DNA from: Nitrosomonadales bacterium
GTDB taxonomy: Bacteria > Pseudomonadota > Gammaproteobacteria > Burkholderiales > Gallionellaceae
Assembly (NCBI GenBank): GCA_037137715.1
Contig: JBAXJT010000007.1
Location: 16,621 to 80,620 of the forward strand
Direction of reading: 5' to 3'
Length of the DNA: 64,000 nt
Below, piece after piece: positions 28,656 to 37,149 of this stretch. Under the pieces are notes generated by a model that searched no databases, was not told the origin of the DNA, and was given only the letters and a program-made list of their open reading frames with translations. A program made the translations under genes and the position numbers. Positions within the stretch are counted from its first letter, which is position 1. Each line of letters begins with the position of its first letter.

Positions 28656-28804
28656 AATATTTAAATTCAATCTAGTAGGCTAATGTATCTAGGTCGTATG
28701 GCATATTGCTAGCCGATTTTCAGGCTGGTACTGTGGGTTGCAGGGGGCGTCCCCTGTTTGAATACGCACACGCTGTTGTGCACCCCACTAATCACCAGGA
28801 GATC

Positions 28805-30106
28805 ATGATGGCAGATGCAAACTGTTGCACACCAGCTAAGGTTGGTTGTTGTCCCGAGTTCGAGCCTTGTGCTGTTTGCGATGTTCTTAATTTTACCTAC
28901 CGATTGCCCTTTTACCCGCTGGTTTTGGCAGCCGATCAGCGGCAAACGGTGCCGGTCGAAGTCATCCTTCACTATCGTTTGACCCGCTGTGCCGGGCCGC
29001 TCTCCATGGGCGATGTGATGTATACGACGACGCTGATGCCGGGCGAACAGGTCAGGCTCAATTCAAGCGACCGGCATACGCGGTTCAGTTTCGACAGTGA
29101 AACGCAGCTGAGCTACCGCAACCAGTCGACTTCCGAAGAGTCCTATTATGCGGCGGGTATGGCGCACGGCATGAGCAATCTGAGTGTGCTCGATACCACG
29201 AACGCGAGCTCCTCTTTTAGTTCCTCGTCGGTCAGCGGGGGCGGCGGGGCTGGCATCGATCTTGGCTTTGTTAGCATCGGCGGTTCGGCAGCAGGCAGCT
29301 CGCACGATGCGAGTTCGGCCAGTTCGCTGGCGCATTCTCTGAGTCAGCATGCCGAATCACTGCATCAGCACATGGAGGTGAGTACGCGGGCGGCGGCCTC
29401 TACGTCGATCGGCGAGGTGGCGACCCGCAATCACCAGCAGACGGAATCAGAGGATCAGTATGAAGCGGCCTCTAGAACCTTTACCAATCCGAATCAATGC
29501 CATGCAATCACTTTTTTGTTTTACCGCATCAACAAATGCCAGACGGTCAAATTTGAACTGGTCAAGATAGCGCGGCATATTGCGGACCCGGCAGCACCCA
29601 CCGGCGTTGCGCTCAATCCACCGAAGGCTGTGACCGGTGTGGCGGTGCATCCGGGCGCGGTGCTGGCAACGGGGGCGAATCGTCTCGACGTTGCGCGTCG
29701 TGCGCTTGAGAGCGCAGCCATTGAGCGCGGGGCTGTGCAGTCCGTCAGGTCGTATTCAGTGTTAAATCAGCAAAAGGCGATTCCGGTTGAGTTGAGGCTT
29801 GCAGCCTTAAAGCAGGTTGATCATGATCTGGTGAAAGCCGGGATGCTGGACAAGGTCGGCGGCGAGGTTGCGCCAGAATTGCAAAAGACGCTGAGCTGGA
29901 GCAAAACCATGGCGATTCCAACCCCGGGCGTGCTTGTCAAAGGCTGTCTGGATGAATGCTGTATTTGCGAGCCTGAACTCAAAGAACTCATGGCACTCGA
30001 TCGGGAGCATAAAGAACTGGAGAATCAGCTGTTGAAGAAGCAGATTGAGCTGCTCGAGCAGTCGCAGCAATATCGCTGTTGTCCTGCAGGCGAGGCTGTC
30101 GCTTAG
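28805..30106 (+). CDS. Hypothetical 433-aa cysteine-bracketed protein (no family recognised)
   Basis: AGGAGA RBS before ATGATG at 28805. Six Cys in the first 26 aa and six Cys in the last 65 aa or so. Central Ser/Gly-rich tract. C-terminal heptad-like ELKELMALDREHKELENQLLKKQIELLEQ. A strong terminator follows. Confidence 0.7.
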   Translation: MMADANCCTPAKVGCCPEFEPCAVCDVLNFTYRLPFYPLVLAADQRQTVPVEVILHYRLTRCAGPLSMGDVMYTTTLMPGEQVRLNSSDRHTRFSFDSETQLSYRNQSTSEESYYAAGMAHGMSNLSVLDTTNASSSFSSSSVSGGGGAGIDLGFVSIGGSAAGSSHDASSASSLAHSLSQHAESLHQHMEVSTRAAASTSIGEVATRNHQQTESEDQYEAASRTFTNPNQCHAITFLFYRINKCQTVKFELVKIARHIADPAAPTGVALNPPKAVTGVAVHPGAVLATGANRLDVARRALESAAIERGAVQSVRSYSVLNQQKAIPVELRLAALKQVDHDLVKAGMLDKVGGEVAPELQKTLSWSKTMAIPTPGVLVKGCLDECCICEPELKELMALDREHKELENQLLKKQIELLEQSQQYRCCPAGEAVA

Positions 30107-30110
30107 TGAT

Positions 30111-30140
30111 GTGAGGGCGCTGAAGCGCCCTCACGGTTTT
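30111..30140 (+). terminator. Rho-independent terminator
   Basis: GTGAGGGCGC-tgaa-GCGCCCTCAC perfect 10-bp stem followed by GGTTTT. Confidence 0.8.
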
Positions 30141-30169
30141 CAGCACTTCCGCGTGCTCGCGCGGCCGTC

Positions 30170-30198
30170 TTGACTTTGCTCACGCCCGTCCGTACGAT
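30170..30198 (+). promoter_or_regulatory. Candidate sigma-70 promoter for the Cache/MCP genes
   Basis: TTGACT (30170-30175), 17-nt spacer, TACGAT (30193-30198). About 37 nt upstream of the ATG at 30235. Confidence 0.4.
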
Positions 30199-30234
30199 GC
30201 AATTCCCGTTTACGCCGAAAAATAAGGAATTGTC

Positions 30235-30687
30235 ATGATCAAAACTGTGCTGGCCGTCGCTATATTCTCGCTTTTTTCATCCGCTGCTTTTTCCGCTGAC
30301 AATCATGCCTCACGAGAGGACGCGTTGTCTTTGGTTGCCAAGGCCGTCAAAGCGATCGGCGCCGACCGCGACGGGACGCTTAAGGAGATTACGGCGAAGG
30401 ATAAAAAGTGGGTCGATCGCGATCTTTATCCTGTGGTCTATGACATGAGCGGCAAGTGTCTTGCGCACGGTCAAAATGAAAAAAGTGTCGGCAAAGATTT
30501 GATCGATGTGGAAGATGCCGATGGTAAGCCTTTCGTCAAAGAGCGTGTTGAGCTCGCCAAAACCAAGTCGAAATTTTCACAGGAATATAAATTCAAAGAT
30601 CCTGAGAGCAAGAAGGTATTGCCAAAAACAGCGTATTGCGAAAAGACCGGCAACGACATCATCTGCGCAGGCGTCTACAAACGTTAA
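30235..30687 (+). CDS. Secreted single-Cache-domain protein
   Basis: Signal peptide ..SSAAFSA. ..DLYPVVYDMSGKCLAHGQNEKSVGKDLIDVEDADGKPF.. resembles sCache domains. Confidence 0.65.
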   Translation: MIKTVLAVAIFSLFSSAAFSADNHASREDALSLVAKAVKAIGADRDGTLKEITAKDKKWVDRDLYPVVYDMSGKCLAHGQNEKSVGKDLIDVEDADGKPFVKERVELAKTKSKFSQEYKFKDPESKKVLPKTAYCEKTGNDIICAGVYKR

Positions 30688-30762
30688 ACCGATTGAACCT
30701 CGGGCGGGAATTTTTAAATTCGACGCCCGCGGCCACCGCCTCATTATTGGAATGCCTTTAGC

Positions 30763-32379
30763 ATGAATATCAAGACCAAAGTACTCGTTCCTTCCATGGT
30801 GGCTGTCGTGATGATGCTGTTGCTGGGTATCGTCAGTTTTGTCGGAATGCGCACCACGCAGCAGTCGCTGACCGATTTCTCCGGTAAGGGGATGCAGCAC
30901 ATGGCGCTTTTGAATGACGGTCGGGGTGAATTGCTCGATACCAATGTCAGAGCCTATCGTCTGTTTTCATCGATGGCCAATTTTGATCAGGCACGTATTG
31001 CAACGGATACGCAGGCGATCCTGATGCATGCGGACAAGGCGCTGGGACTGATCAAATCCATTCGTGAGCGCCCTGATCTTGATGAGGATGAAAAGGCGTT
31101 GCTGGTGTCGCTTGATGAGCCGCTGGCCAAATATCGCAAGAGTGTTGCGCAGGCCATCGATATGGCGTCGTCTGACATCGATTCCGGTACCGGCATGATG
31201 CGGGCTGCAGATAAGCGTTTTGTCGAAATTGATGCCAAGTTGCAAACGCTGCTGGAAAACCAGAAAAAGGAAGCGGATCGCGTGGTCGCTGACACGATTT
31301 CCAGAGCGTCCAATATTTTGATGATCGAACTGCTGGTGTTTGTTGTTGGTGTGGCAGGATCGGTTGCAATCGCTTTGATTTTAAGTGGAAAAATTGTCTT
31401 GCCTATGCTCGATGCCATACGCACGGCGACCTCGATTTCGAAGGGGGATTTGACGAATGCGATTGCAATTCGCGGTGAGGATGAAACGGGCGACTTGCTG
31501 CGTGCGCTGTCAGTCATGCAAGACAGTCTGCGTCAGCTGATCGGTCAGATCGGCAGCAATGCGCAAAAATCAGCCACTTCATGCAGCGAGATGGCTGGCG
31601 CGCAAAGGGAAATGCAATCGTCGATAGAAGGGCAGCATGATGCCACTTCCGCTGTGGCCTCTGCCATTGAACAGATGAGCGTGAGCATGAGCAATATTCA
31701 TGAGAACGCCAACCAATCGTTTGCCGCCAGCCACGCGTCTGACGAGCTGGCGACGCAAGGCGTGGTTATCATTCAAAGCGCGTTCGATGAAATCAAGCGC
31801 ATTGCCGAAACGGTCAGGGAGGCGGCGAATGTTGTCGAATGCGTAGGGCAACAGTCGCATGAAATTTCGGCGATTGTGCGCGTGATTCGTGAGGTGGCGG
31901 ATCAGACTAATTTGCTGGCGTTGAATGCGGCGATTGAGGCGGCGCGGGCAGGTGAGGCGGGGCGCGGGTTTGCGGTGGTCGCGGATGAAGTGCGCAAGCT
32001 TGCCGAAAAAACGGCCAGTTCGGCTGGCGAGATCACCAAGATGATAGCCGGCATACAGGAGAGTTCAGCTCAGGCGGTACAAAACATCCATCATGCTGTC
32101 GAACAGGCTGAAACAACGGCCAATTATGCAGAAAATGCCCGCGAATCCATAGAACGCATACACAGCAGCGCGGTGAAAAGCGAGGGATTTGCGCGCGATA
32201 TTACCCGTGCGATCGGTGAGCAATCGAAAGCGAGCAGCCTGATTGCCCAGAAAATTGAGGGTATCTCCCGCATGAGTGAAGAAAATGCGCAAAGCGTGAT
32301 GCATTCGGGGCAGGCGATGCATGAACTGGAAAACGAATCGCAGGTGTTGCAGGCGGCCGTAGCGCGCTTTAAAGTCTGA
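30763..32379 (+). CDS. Methyl-accepting chemotaxis protein
   Basis: Two TM segments, HAMP, and the highly conserved hairpin tip [41 protein letters not shown]. Confidence 0.93.
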   Translation: MNIKTKVLVPSMVAVVMMLLLGIVSFVGMRTTQQSLTDFSGKGMQHMALLNDGRGELLDTNVRAYRLFSSMANFDQARIATDTQAILMHADKALGLIKSIRERPDLDEDEKALLVSLDEPLAKYRKSVAQAIDMASSDIDSGTGMMRAADKRFVEIDAKLQTLLENQKKEADRVVADTISRASNILMIELLVFVVGVAGSVAIALILSGKIVLPMLDAIRTATSISKGDLTNAIAIRGEDETGDLLRALSVMQDSLRQLIGQIGSNAQKSATSCSEMAGAQREMQSSIEGQHDATSAVASAIEQMSVSMSNIHENANQSFAASHASDELATQGVVIIQSAFDEIKRIAETVREAANVVECVGQQSHEISAIVRVIREVADQTNLLALNAAIEAARAGEAGRGFAVVADEVRKLAEKTASSAGEITKMIAGIQESSAQAVQNIHHAVEQAETTANYAENARESIERIHSSAVKSEGFARDITRAIGEQSKASSLIAQKIEGISRMSEENAQSVMHSGQAMHELENESQVLQAAVARFKV

Positions 32380-32439
32380 ATCGCTAAGCGACGCGTAATT
32401 ACAGCAGAGTGCTGATAAGCGCTCTGTTATCATATTGCC

Positions 32440-34287
32440 ATGCTCAATATACTTAACATGTCTTACCTGCAGGGCGGCGAACCGCTGTTCAGCGGGGCAA
32501 ATTTGCAGGCGTTTGCCAATCAGCGCATCGGGCTGGTCGGAAAAAACGGTTGCGGTAAATCCACTCTATTTCGTTTAATTCGAGGCGAACTTCAACCCGA
32601 AAGCGGCGAGGTCTCACTGCAAAGCGGCAAGACGCTGGCCTACGTCGAACAGGAAATCGAAAACTCGGATCAGAGCGCGATGGAATTTGTGCTCGATGGC
32701 GATTTGAAGTTACGCCAGTTGGAAAAAATTCTGGCCAAAGAACAGCATGATACGGCCTGGTTTGAAGCGCAGCAGCACTTCGAAGCCATCGACGGTTATG
32801 GCGCGCCGGCTCGTGCCGCGCAACTGTTGAGCGGACTGGGGTTCGATACCGACAGTCTGGAGCGACAGGTTGCCAGTTTTTCCGGCGGCTGGCGCATGAG
32901 ATTAAATTTGGCGCGTGCGTTGATGCATAGAGCCGATTTGCTGCTACTCGATGAACCGACCAACCATCTGGATCTGGAAGCAATTCTTTGGCTGGAGCAA
33001 TATCTGGCCCGTTATCCGGGCAGTATTCTGCTGGTGTCGCATGATCGGGAATTCCTCAACGCCACGGTGAACCGCATCGCCCATGTGCACGACTGTGTGA
33101 TCGATTGCTATGCCGGCGATTACGACGATTTCGAACGCGCGCGCGCCGAGAAGATTGCGCAACAAAATCAAGCCTATGAGACTCAGCAGTTAAAAATTGC
33201 CCATCTGGAAGATTTTGTGCGGCGTTTTCGCGCCCAGGCCACTAAGGCCAAGCAGGCGCAAAGCCGCATCAAGGCGCTCGATAGGCTGACCCGCATCGCT
33301 GCGGTACATATTACCGATGGTCACTTCGAGTTGGAGATCGAAGCGCCGGAACGTAGTCCGGATCTTCTGATGCGTCTGGATAATATGGGGTTTTCCTACG
33401 GCGAAAAGTCGCTGTTCAAAAATATGAATATGGTGCTCAGGGCCGGTGCGCGCATCGCGCTGCTGGGGCCTAACGGTGCGGGTAAATCGACACTGATCAA
33501 ACTGCTGGTGGGCGAGTTGGCACCCACCTCGGGTCGCTTAGACATTACCCCAGATATTCGCATCGGTTATTTTGCCCAGCATCAGCTGGAAAATCTCGAC
33601 AGCAATGCGACGCCCTTGCAGCATATGGAAAGTGTTGCTCCGAAAGAAACCACGCTGGCCTTGCGCACCTTTTTGGGTCGCTTCGGTCTGGCCGGAAACA
33701 GTGAGGATAGGCCGGTCGCGAGTTTTTCGGGCGGCGAAAAGAGTCGCTTGGCGTTAGCCTTGCTGGCCTGGCAAAAACCGCATCTGTTGCTGCTTGATGA
33801 ACCGACCAATCACCTGGATCTGGATATGCGCGATGCGCTGACGATCGCGCTGGAAGAATACACGGGTGCCGTGGTGATCGTCTCGCATGATCGCAGCCTG
33901 ATACGCGCCGTAGCGGATGAATTGTGGCTGGTGGCGGACGGTGAGGCGAAACAGTTTGACGGCGATCTGGAAGACTATAAGAGTTGGATTGAGTCACGCC
34001 GCCCAAGTGTAACCGTGCAAGCCAAACCTGAAAAAATAGCGCAAGCCGCAGCCCCCAAGGTGAATAAAAAAGCGTTGCAATCGAAGCGCAGCAAGCTCGA
34101 AGTCGAGTTGAACAGGGTGCAGGCGGAACTGACCGAGATCAATGCGAAACTGGGCGATCCTGCAACCTATAGCGATTGCAGCAGCGATTTTCTGGCCAAA
34201 CTTAACGCAAGGCGTGAAATCGTGCAGGCGAAGGTCGATGAACTCGAAGAGAGTTGGCTGGAACTCGAAATGGCGCTGGAAGAATAA
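32440..34287 (+). CDS. ABC-F family ATPase (two ABC cassettes, no TMD)
   Basis: Two Walker A motifs (GKNGCGKST and GPNGAGKST) and two LSGG-type signatures (FSGGWRMR and FSGGEKSR). Inter-domain linker and C-terminal coiled coil. Confidence 0.9.
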   Translation: MLNILNMSYLQGGEPLFSGANLQAFANQRIGLVGKNGCGKSTLFRLIRGELQPESGEVSLQSGKTLAYVEQEIENSDQSAMEFVLDGDLKLRQLEKILAKEQHDTAWFEAQQHFEAIDGYGAPARAAQLLSGLGFDTDSLERQVASFSGGWRMRLNLARALMHRADLLLLDEPTNHLDLEAILWLEQYLARYPGSILLVSHDREFLNATVNRIAHVHDCVIDCYAGDYDDFERARAEKIAQQNQAYETQQLKIAHLEDFVRRFRAQATKAKQAQSRIKALDRLTRIAAVHITDGHFELEIEAPERSPDLLMRLDNMGFSYGEKSLFKNMNMVLRAGARIALLGPNGAGKSTLIKLLVGELAPTSGRLDITPDIRIGYFAQHQLENLDSNATPLQHMESVAPKETTLALRTFLGRFGLAGNSEDRPVASFSGGEKSRLALALLAWQKPHLLLLDEPTNHLDLDMRDALTIALEEYTGAVVIVSHDRSLIRAVADELWLVADGEAKQFDGDLEDYKSWIESRRPSVTVQAKPEKIAQAAAPKVNKKALQSKRSKLEVELNRVQAELTEINAKLGDPATYSDCSSDFLAKLNARREIVQAKVDELEESWLELEMALEE

Positions 34288-34300
34288 AGACAGGATCGAG

Positions 34301-34420
34301 ACCGCAAGGGTCTTCCCCGCACAACTAAGCCCGCAAGGGGCTTCCCACGGAGCTACGGAGATAAATCTCCTGCTTCTGAATGAAGGGGCTACGCCCCATG
34401 TTGTTGCGTGAAGGATTCAT
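34301..34420. repeat. Dispersed intergenic repeat, copy B (with a partial tandem half-copy)
   Basis: Half-copy at 34301-34329, then CCCGCAAGGGGCTTCCCACGGAGCTACGGAGATAAATCTCCTGCTTCTGAATGAAGG.. (34330-34389). Hairpin GGAGA-TAAA-TCTCC at 34357-34370. Located directly after the ABC-F stop. Confidence 0.6.
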
Positions 34421-34462
34421 GATAAGCGGATGCGAGCGTTTGATATTGATTATTGGTGTGAA

Positions 34463-34518
34463 AAGCCAAAGGTATCTATCTTGATATATACCTGTTGCCG
34501 GTTTATACTTTGGCCTTG
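34463..34518 (+). promoter_or_regulatory. Candidate vapBC promoter bracketed by an imperfect inverted repeat (putative operator)
   Basis: TTGATA (34481-34486), 17-nt spacer, TATACT (34504-34509). Flanking AAGCCAAAGGTAT (34463-34475) and ATACTTTGGCCTT (34505-34517) are imperfect complements. Confidence 0.45.
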
Positions 34519-34540
34519 ATCAACGCAGAAGGAGTCTGCC

Positions 34541-34801
34541 ATGAGCCAGTTAGCTAAGTTGTTCATCAACGGAAGAAGTCAGGCTGTCCGCCTGCCGCTC
34601 GCTTATCGGTTTGATACGAAAGAAGTTTTTATCCGCCGTGATCCAAAGACAGGGGATGTGATTTTGTCTCGTAAGCCCTTGACGTGGGATGGTTTTTTCG
34701 CGGCACTCAATGAAACCGTGGTGCCTGCCGATTTCCTGATTGAGAAAGACCGCAATCAGGACAGGTCGGAGCGCGATCCTTTTGAGGCGTGGAGCGAATG
34801 A
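34541..34801 (+). CDS. vapB: Type II antitoxin VapB (AbrB/SpoVT fold)
   Basis: ..[18 protein letters not shown]....V.I.R....D.IL.. pattern. GGAG RBS. ATGA overlap with vapC. Confidence 0.85.
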   Translation: MSQLAKLFINGRSQAVRLPLAYRFDTKEVFIRRDPKTGDVILSRKPLTWDGFFAALNETVVPADFLIEKDRNQDRSERDPFEAWSE

Positions 34802-35196
34802 TGCTATACATGCTCGACACCAACACGGTAAGTCATCTGATTAAAAAGCATCCGGGCGTATCCCGTCGCGTGGTGAAGGTTCCCATGACATCGCTGTGTA
34901 TTTCATCTATTACTGAAGGCGAAATCCTGTTTGGCCTTGCGAAGCGACCGGACGCCACACGTTTACACACTGCCGTGAAAGAGTTTCTGCTGCGTGTCGA
35001 TGTGTTGCCTTGGGATAGCGACGTTGCAGAATGCTATGGCACTGCGCGCGCAAGCCTTGAACAGAAAGGGAAAATACTTGGATCACTTGACCTGCTGATT
35101 GCGACCCATGCCTTGCATGCAGGAGCGATATTGGTAACGAACGACGGTGCTTTCGCACAGGTTCCCGGCTTGCAGGTCGAGGACTGGACAATTTGA
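34798..35196 (+). CDS. vapC: Type II toxin VapC (PIN-domain ribonuclease)
   Basis: YMLDTN (first acidic PIN residue), ..E.. and ..D.LIA.HA....LVTND motifs. Confidence 0.88.
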   Translation: MMLYMLDTNTVSHLIKKHPGVSRRVVKVPMTSLCISSITEGEILFGLAKRPDATRLHTAVKEFLLRVDVLPWDSDVAECYGTARASLEQKGKILGSLDLLIATHALHAGAILVTNDGAFAQVPGLQVEDWTI

Positions 35197-35230
35197 TCTG
35201 GTGCGGTGACTGACTGACGAAGATTGGAAG

Positions 35231-35485
35231 CTACTTCCTGTCGTTTTCTGCATACATCAATTGAACCATTCCCTCAACGATGCGTATGTCTCGCGGCGAG
35301 AGCCGCAACAGTTTGTCCACAATAGGAATTATTCCTGCGTATTCTTTCCCTAATACCACCAAACCCGTCTGCTGCACGGCTGACGGTAATGCCGTTTCAG
35401 TCCTCTCGCCCGAGCCGTAGCGCAGCCACTGCGCCGATATCCCCAGCCAGGCCGCCAGTGCCAGTAACTTTGGTTGCGTTGGCAT
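35231..35485 (-). pseudogene. N-terminally truncated XRE-type HTH regulator remnant
   Basis: The ORF begins within what looks like the last HTH helices (PTQPKLLALAAWLGISAQWLRYG). The same frame upstream reads ..DVRKWLLSEA, like the recognition-helix end, and is closed by TGA only 14 codons upstream. No RBS. Confidence 0.45.
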
Positions 35486-35554
35486 GGCCTCCGAGAGTAA
35501 CCATTTTCTGACGTCGTTCGCTCAGCTATTCGGAGACGGCACGGTTTTTATAAG

Positions 35555-35809
35555 TCAGGCTTGCACCAATTCCGCCACTCCTTCGAGGTATAGCCGTTCA
35601 GGTGCAATATCGATTTCGCCGGGCCACGTGACGGTGCCGTAATTAACTTTAGCGAGGCTGAAAAATTCTGGATTTTGTAAAGGCTGAAAAACAGGGTAGT
35701 GCAGGTAAGGCGACATATCAAAGTACTTGTGTTCGCCATTCTCAAATGTCAGTAGCAGATGGTGATCCGGTAGAGCTTGCGCAGCAATAACTTCAGGCAG
35801 CATGTTCAT
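35555..35809 (-). CDS. DUF2442 domain protein
   Basis: ..A.ALPDHHLLLTFENGE...FD..PYL..PVF.PL....F..A.V.YGTV.WPGEIDI.PE.LY pattern. Confidence 0.8.
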   Translation of the reverse strand: MNMLPEVIAAQALPDHHLLLTFENGEHKYFDMSPYLHYPVFQPLQNPEFFSLAKVNYGTVTWPGEIDIAPERLYLEGVAELVQA

Positions 35810-35812
35810 CCC

Positions 35813-36082
35813 CTAATGCAATGGGTCAATACGAAATATTGCTTCACCATTAACGGCCAAAGTCCAGTCGGCCATCAACTCTTCTTCATGCAGGTCTATC
35901 CACACTTGAACCTGACGAATCTTTTTTATTGGTAAATTACCTTCAAGTAGCTCCCCGCTAGGAATGATGAACACGGCCTTTTGTCCTTGATATTCAACGT
36001 GGATGTGAGGAAGGTTATGTTGTTTTGTATCCAAAAAAAGCATACGAATAATGATGCCGTAAAACATGCTGATCGTTGGCAT
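35813..36082 (-). CDS. DUF4160 domain protein
   Basis: MPTISMFYGIIIRMLF.D...HNLPHIHVEYQG signature N-terminus. GAAGGA RBS before the ATG at 36082. 3-nt gap to the DUF2442 gene. Confidence 0.8.
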   Translation of the reverse strand: MPTISMFYGIIIRMLFLDTKQHNLPHIHVEYQGQKAVFIIPSGELLEGNLPIKKIRQVQVWIDLHEEELMADWTLAVNGEAIFRIDPLH

Positions 36083-36262
36083 GGCGATTCCTTCTTGATT
36101 TGAAGTGAGATTTACTTGGCAAATACTACCTTGCGCTGGGCTGTCGTGCAATCACGCATCAAGGTGTCATCAACAAATGTCGCGCAAAAAATTGGATTCA
36201 ATCTTACCTGAATCAAGTCTTCCGCTTTGTCATTAGCTGCCCGTTGTGGTTTAATCACGCCC

Positions 36263-37135
36263 ATGAAATTACCCTTTAAAAACGTCGCACTGATTGGTAA
36301 GCACAAATCGCTCGACGTGGCCGTGCCGCTGTTGCGTCTGGCGGCATTTCTGTCTGCCCGCGGTCTCGGCGTGATTGTGGATAGTCTGACGGCCGAACAG
36401 TTAGTAGACTGCCCGTATCCTGCGATGACGCTGGAGGAAATGGCCAAGGTCACTGATCTTGCAATCGTGATTGGCGGCGACGGCACCTTGTTGAATATCG
36501 CGCGCACTTTTTCCCCGCACCACGTACCGCTGATCGGCGTAAATCAGGGGCGACTGGGTTTTCTGACCGATTTGACGCTGGAGAATATGCTGGAGAGTAT
36601 CGGTGCGATGCTGGACGGTCAGTATGTCACCGAGCGTCGTTTGTTGCTATCCGCCCGCGTGATGCGCGAGGGTCTGGAAGTCTTCAACGGACTGGCTTTT
36701 AACGAAGTGGTCGCGCATCGCACGCAGATCAGCAGTATGGTCGAATTCGAGGTGCGCATTGACGGCGAATATTTGTACAATCAGCGTGCGGACGGGTTGA
36801 TCGTTTCGACGCCGACCGGTTCGACGGCCTACGCGATGTCGGCAGGCGGTCCGATTTTGCATCCGGGGCTCGATGTGCTGGAACTGGTGCCGATTTGCCC
36901 GCATACCTTGAGTAACCGGCCTATCGTGGTGAACGGATCATCCGTGCTGGAGATTCTGATGCACCGCTGCAGCGATACCCGCGTGCGTCTGGATAGTCAC
37001 ACCAGTTTCGATATGCAATTGCACGACCAGATTATCGTGACCCGTTATTCGGGGCATGCGCACCTGCTGCATCCGGTAGGACACAGCTATTATCACACCC
37101 TGCGTGAAAAACTGCAGTGGAATCAATCACTTTAA
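36263..37135 (+). CDS. nadK: NAD(+) kinase
   Basis: GGDGTLL and NQGRLGFLTD motifs, with STPTGSTAY. Confidence 0.92.
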   Translation: MKLPFKNVALIGKHKSLDVAVPLLRLAAFLSARGLGVIVDSLTAEQLVDCPYPAMTLEEMAKVTDLAIVIGGDGTLLNIARTFSPHHVPLIGVNQGRLGFLTDLTLENMLESIGAMLDGQYVTERRLLLSARVMREGLEVFNGLAFNEVVAHRTQISSMVEFEVRIDGEYLYNQRADGLIVSTPTGSTAYAMSAGGPILHPGLDVLELVPICPHTLSNRPIVVNGSSVLEILMHRCSDTRVRLDSHTSFDMQLHDQIIVTRYSGHAHLLHPVGHSYYHTLREKLQWNQSL

Positions 37136-37149
37136 CTTTCTGAGCTAAT

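Noticed and set aside
28725-28743. Sigma-54-like CTGGTAC-N-GTTGCA upstream of the orphan gene
   Set aside because: The GG-to-GC spacing is one nucleotide too long by my count (GG ends at 28728, GC starts at 28740; canonical spacing would put GC at 28739). No enhancer-like palindromes nearby. The nearby TGGCATATTGC has spacing that is far too short.
28706-28804. Upstream TTG extension of the orphan ORF (466-aa version)
   Set aside because: A strong AGGAGA RBS sits immediately before the ATGATG at 28805. The extension would run through a CAGGGG-cgt-CCCCTG hairpin and promoter-like sequence.
26110-36230. Classical genomic island or integrative element
   Set aside because: No integrase, transposase, conjugation or phage genes. 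No tRNA at either edge and no long direct repeats. Core genes (rlmF, ABC-F) are interspersed. It is better described as a patchwork of small cassette insertions.
36112-36507. 131-aa minus-strand ORF overlapping the nadK start
   Set aside because: It overlaps the nadK coding region antisense and has no start context. The DUF4160 gene's real start is at 36082.
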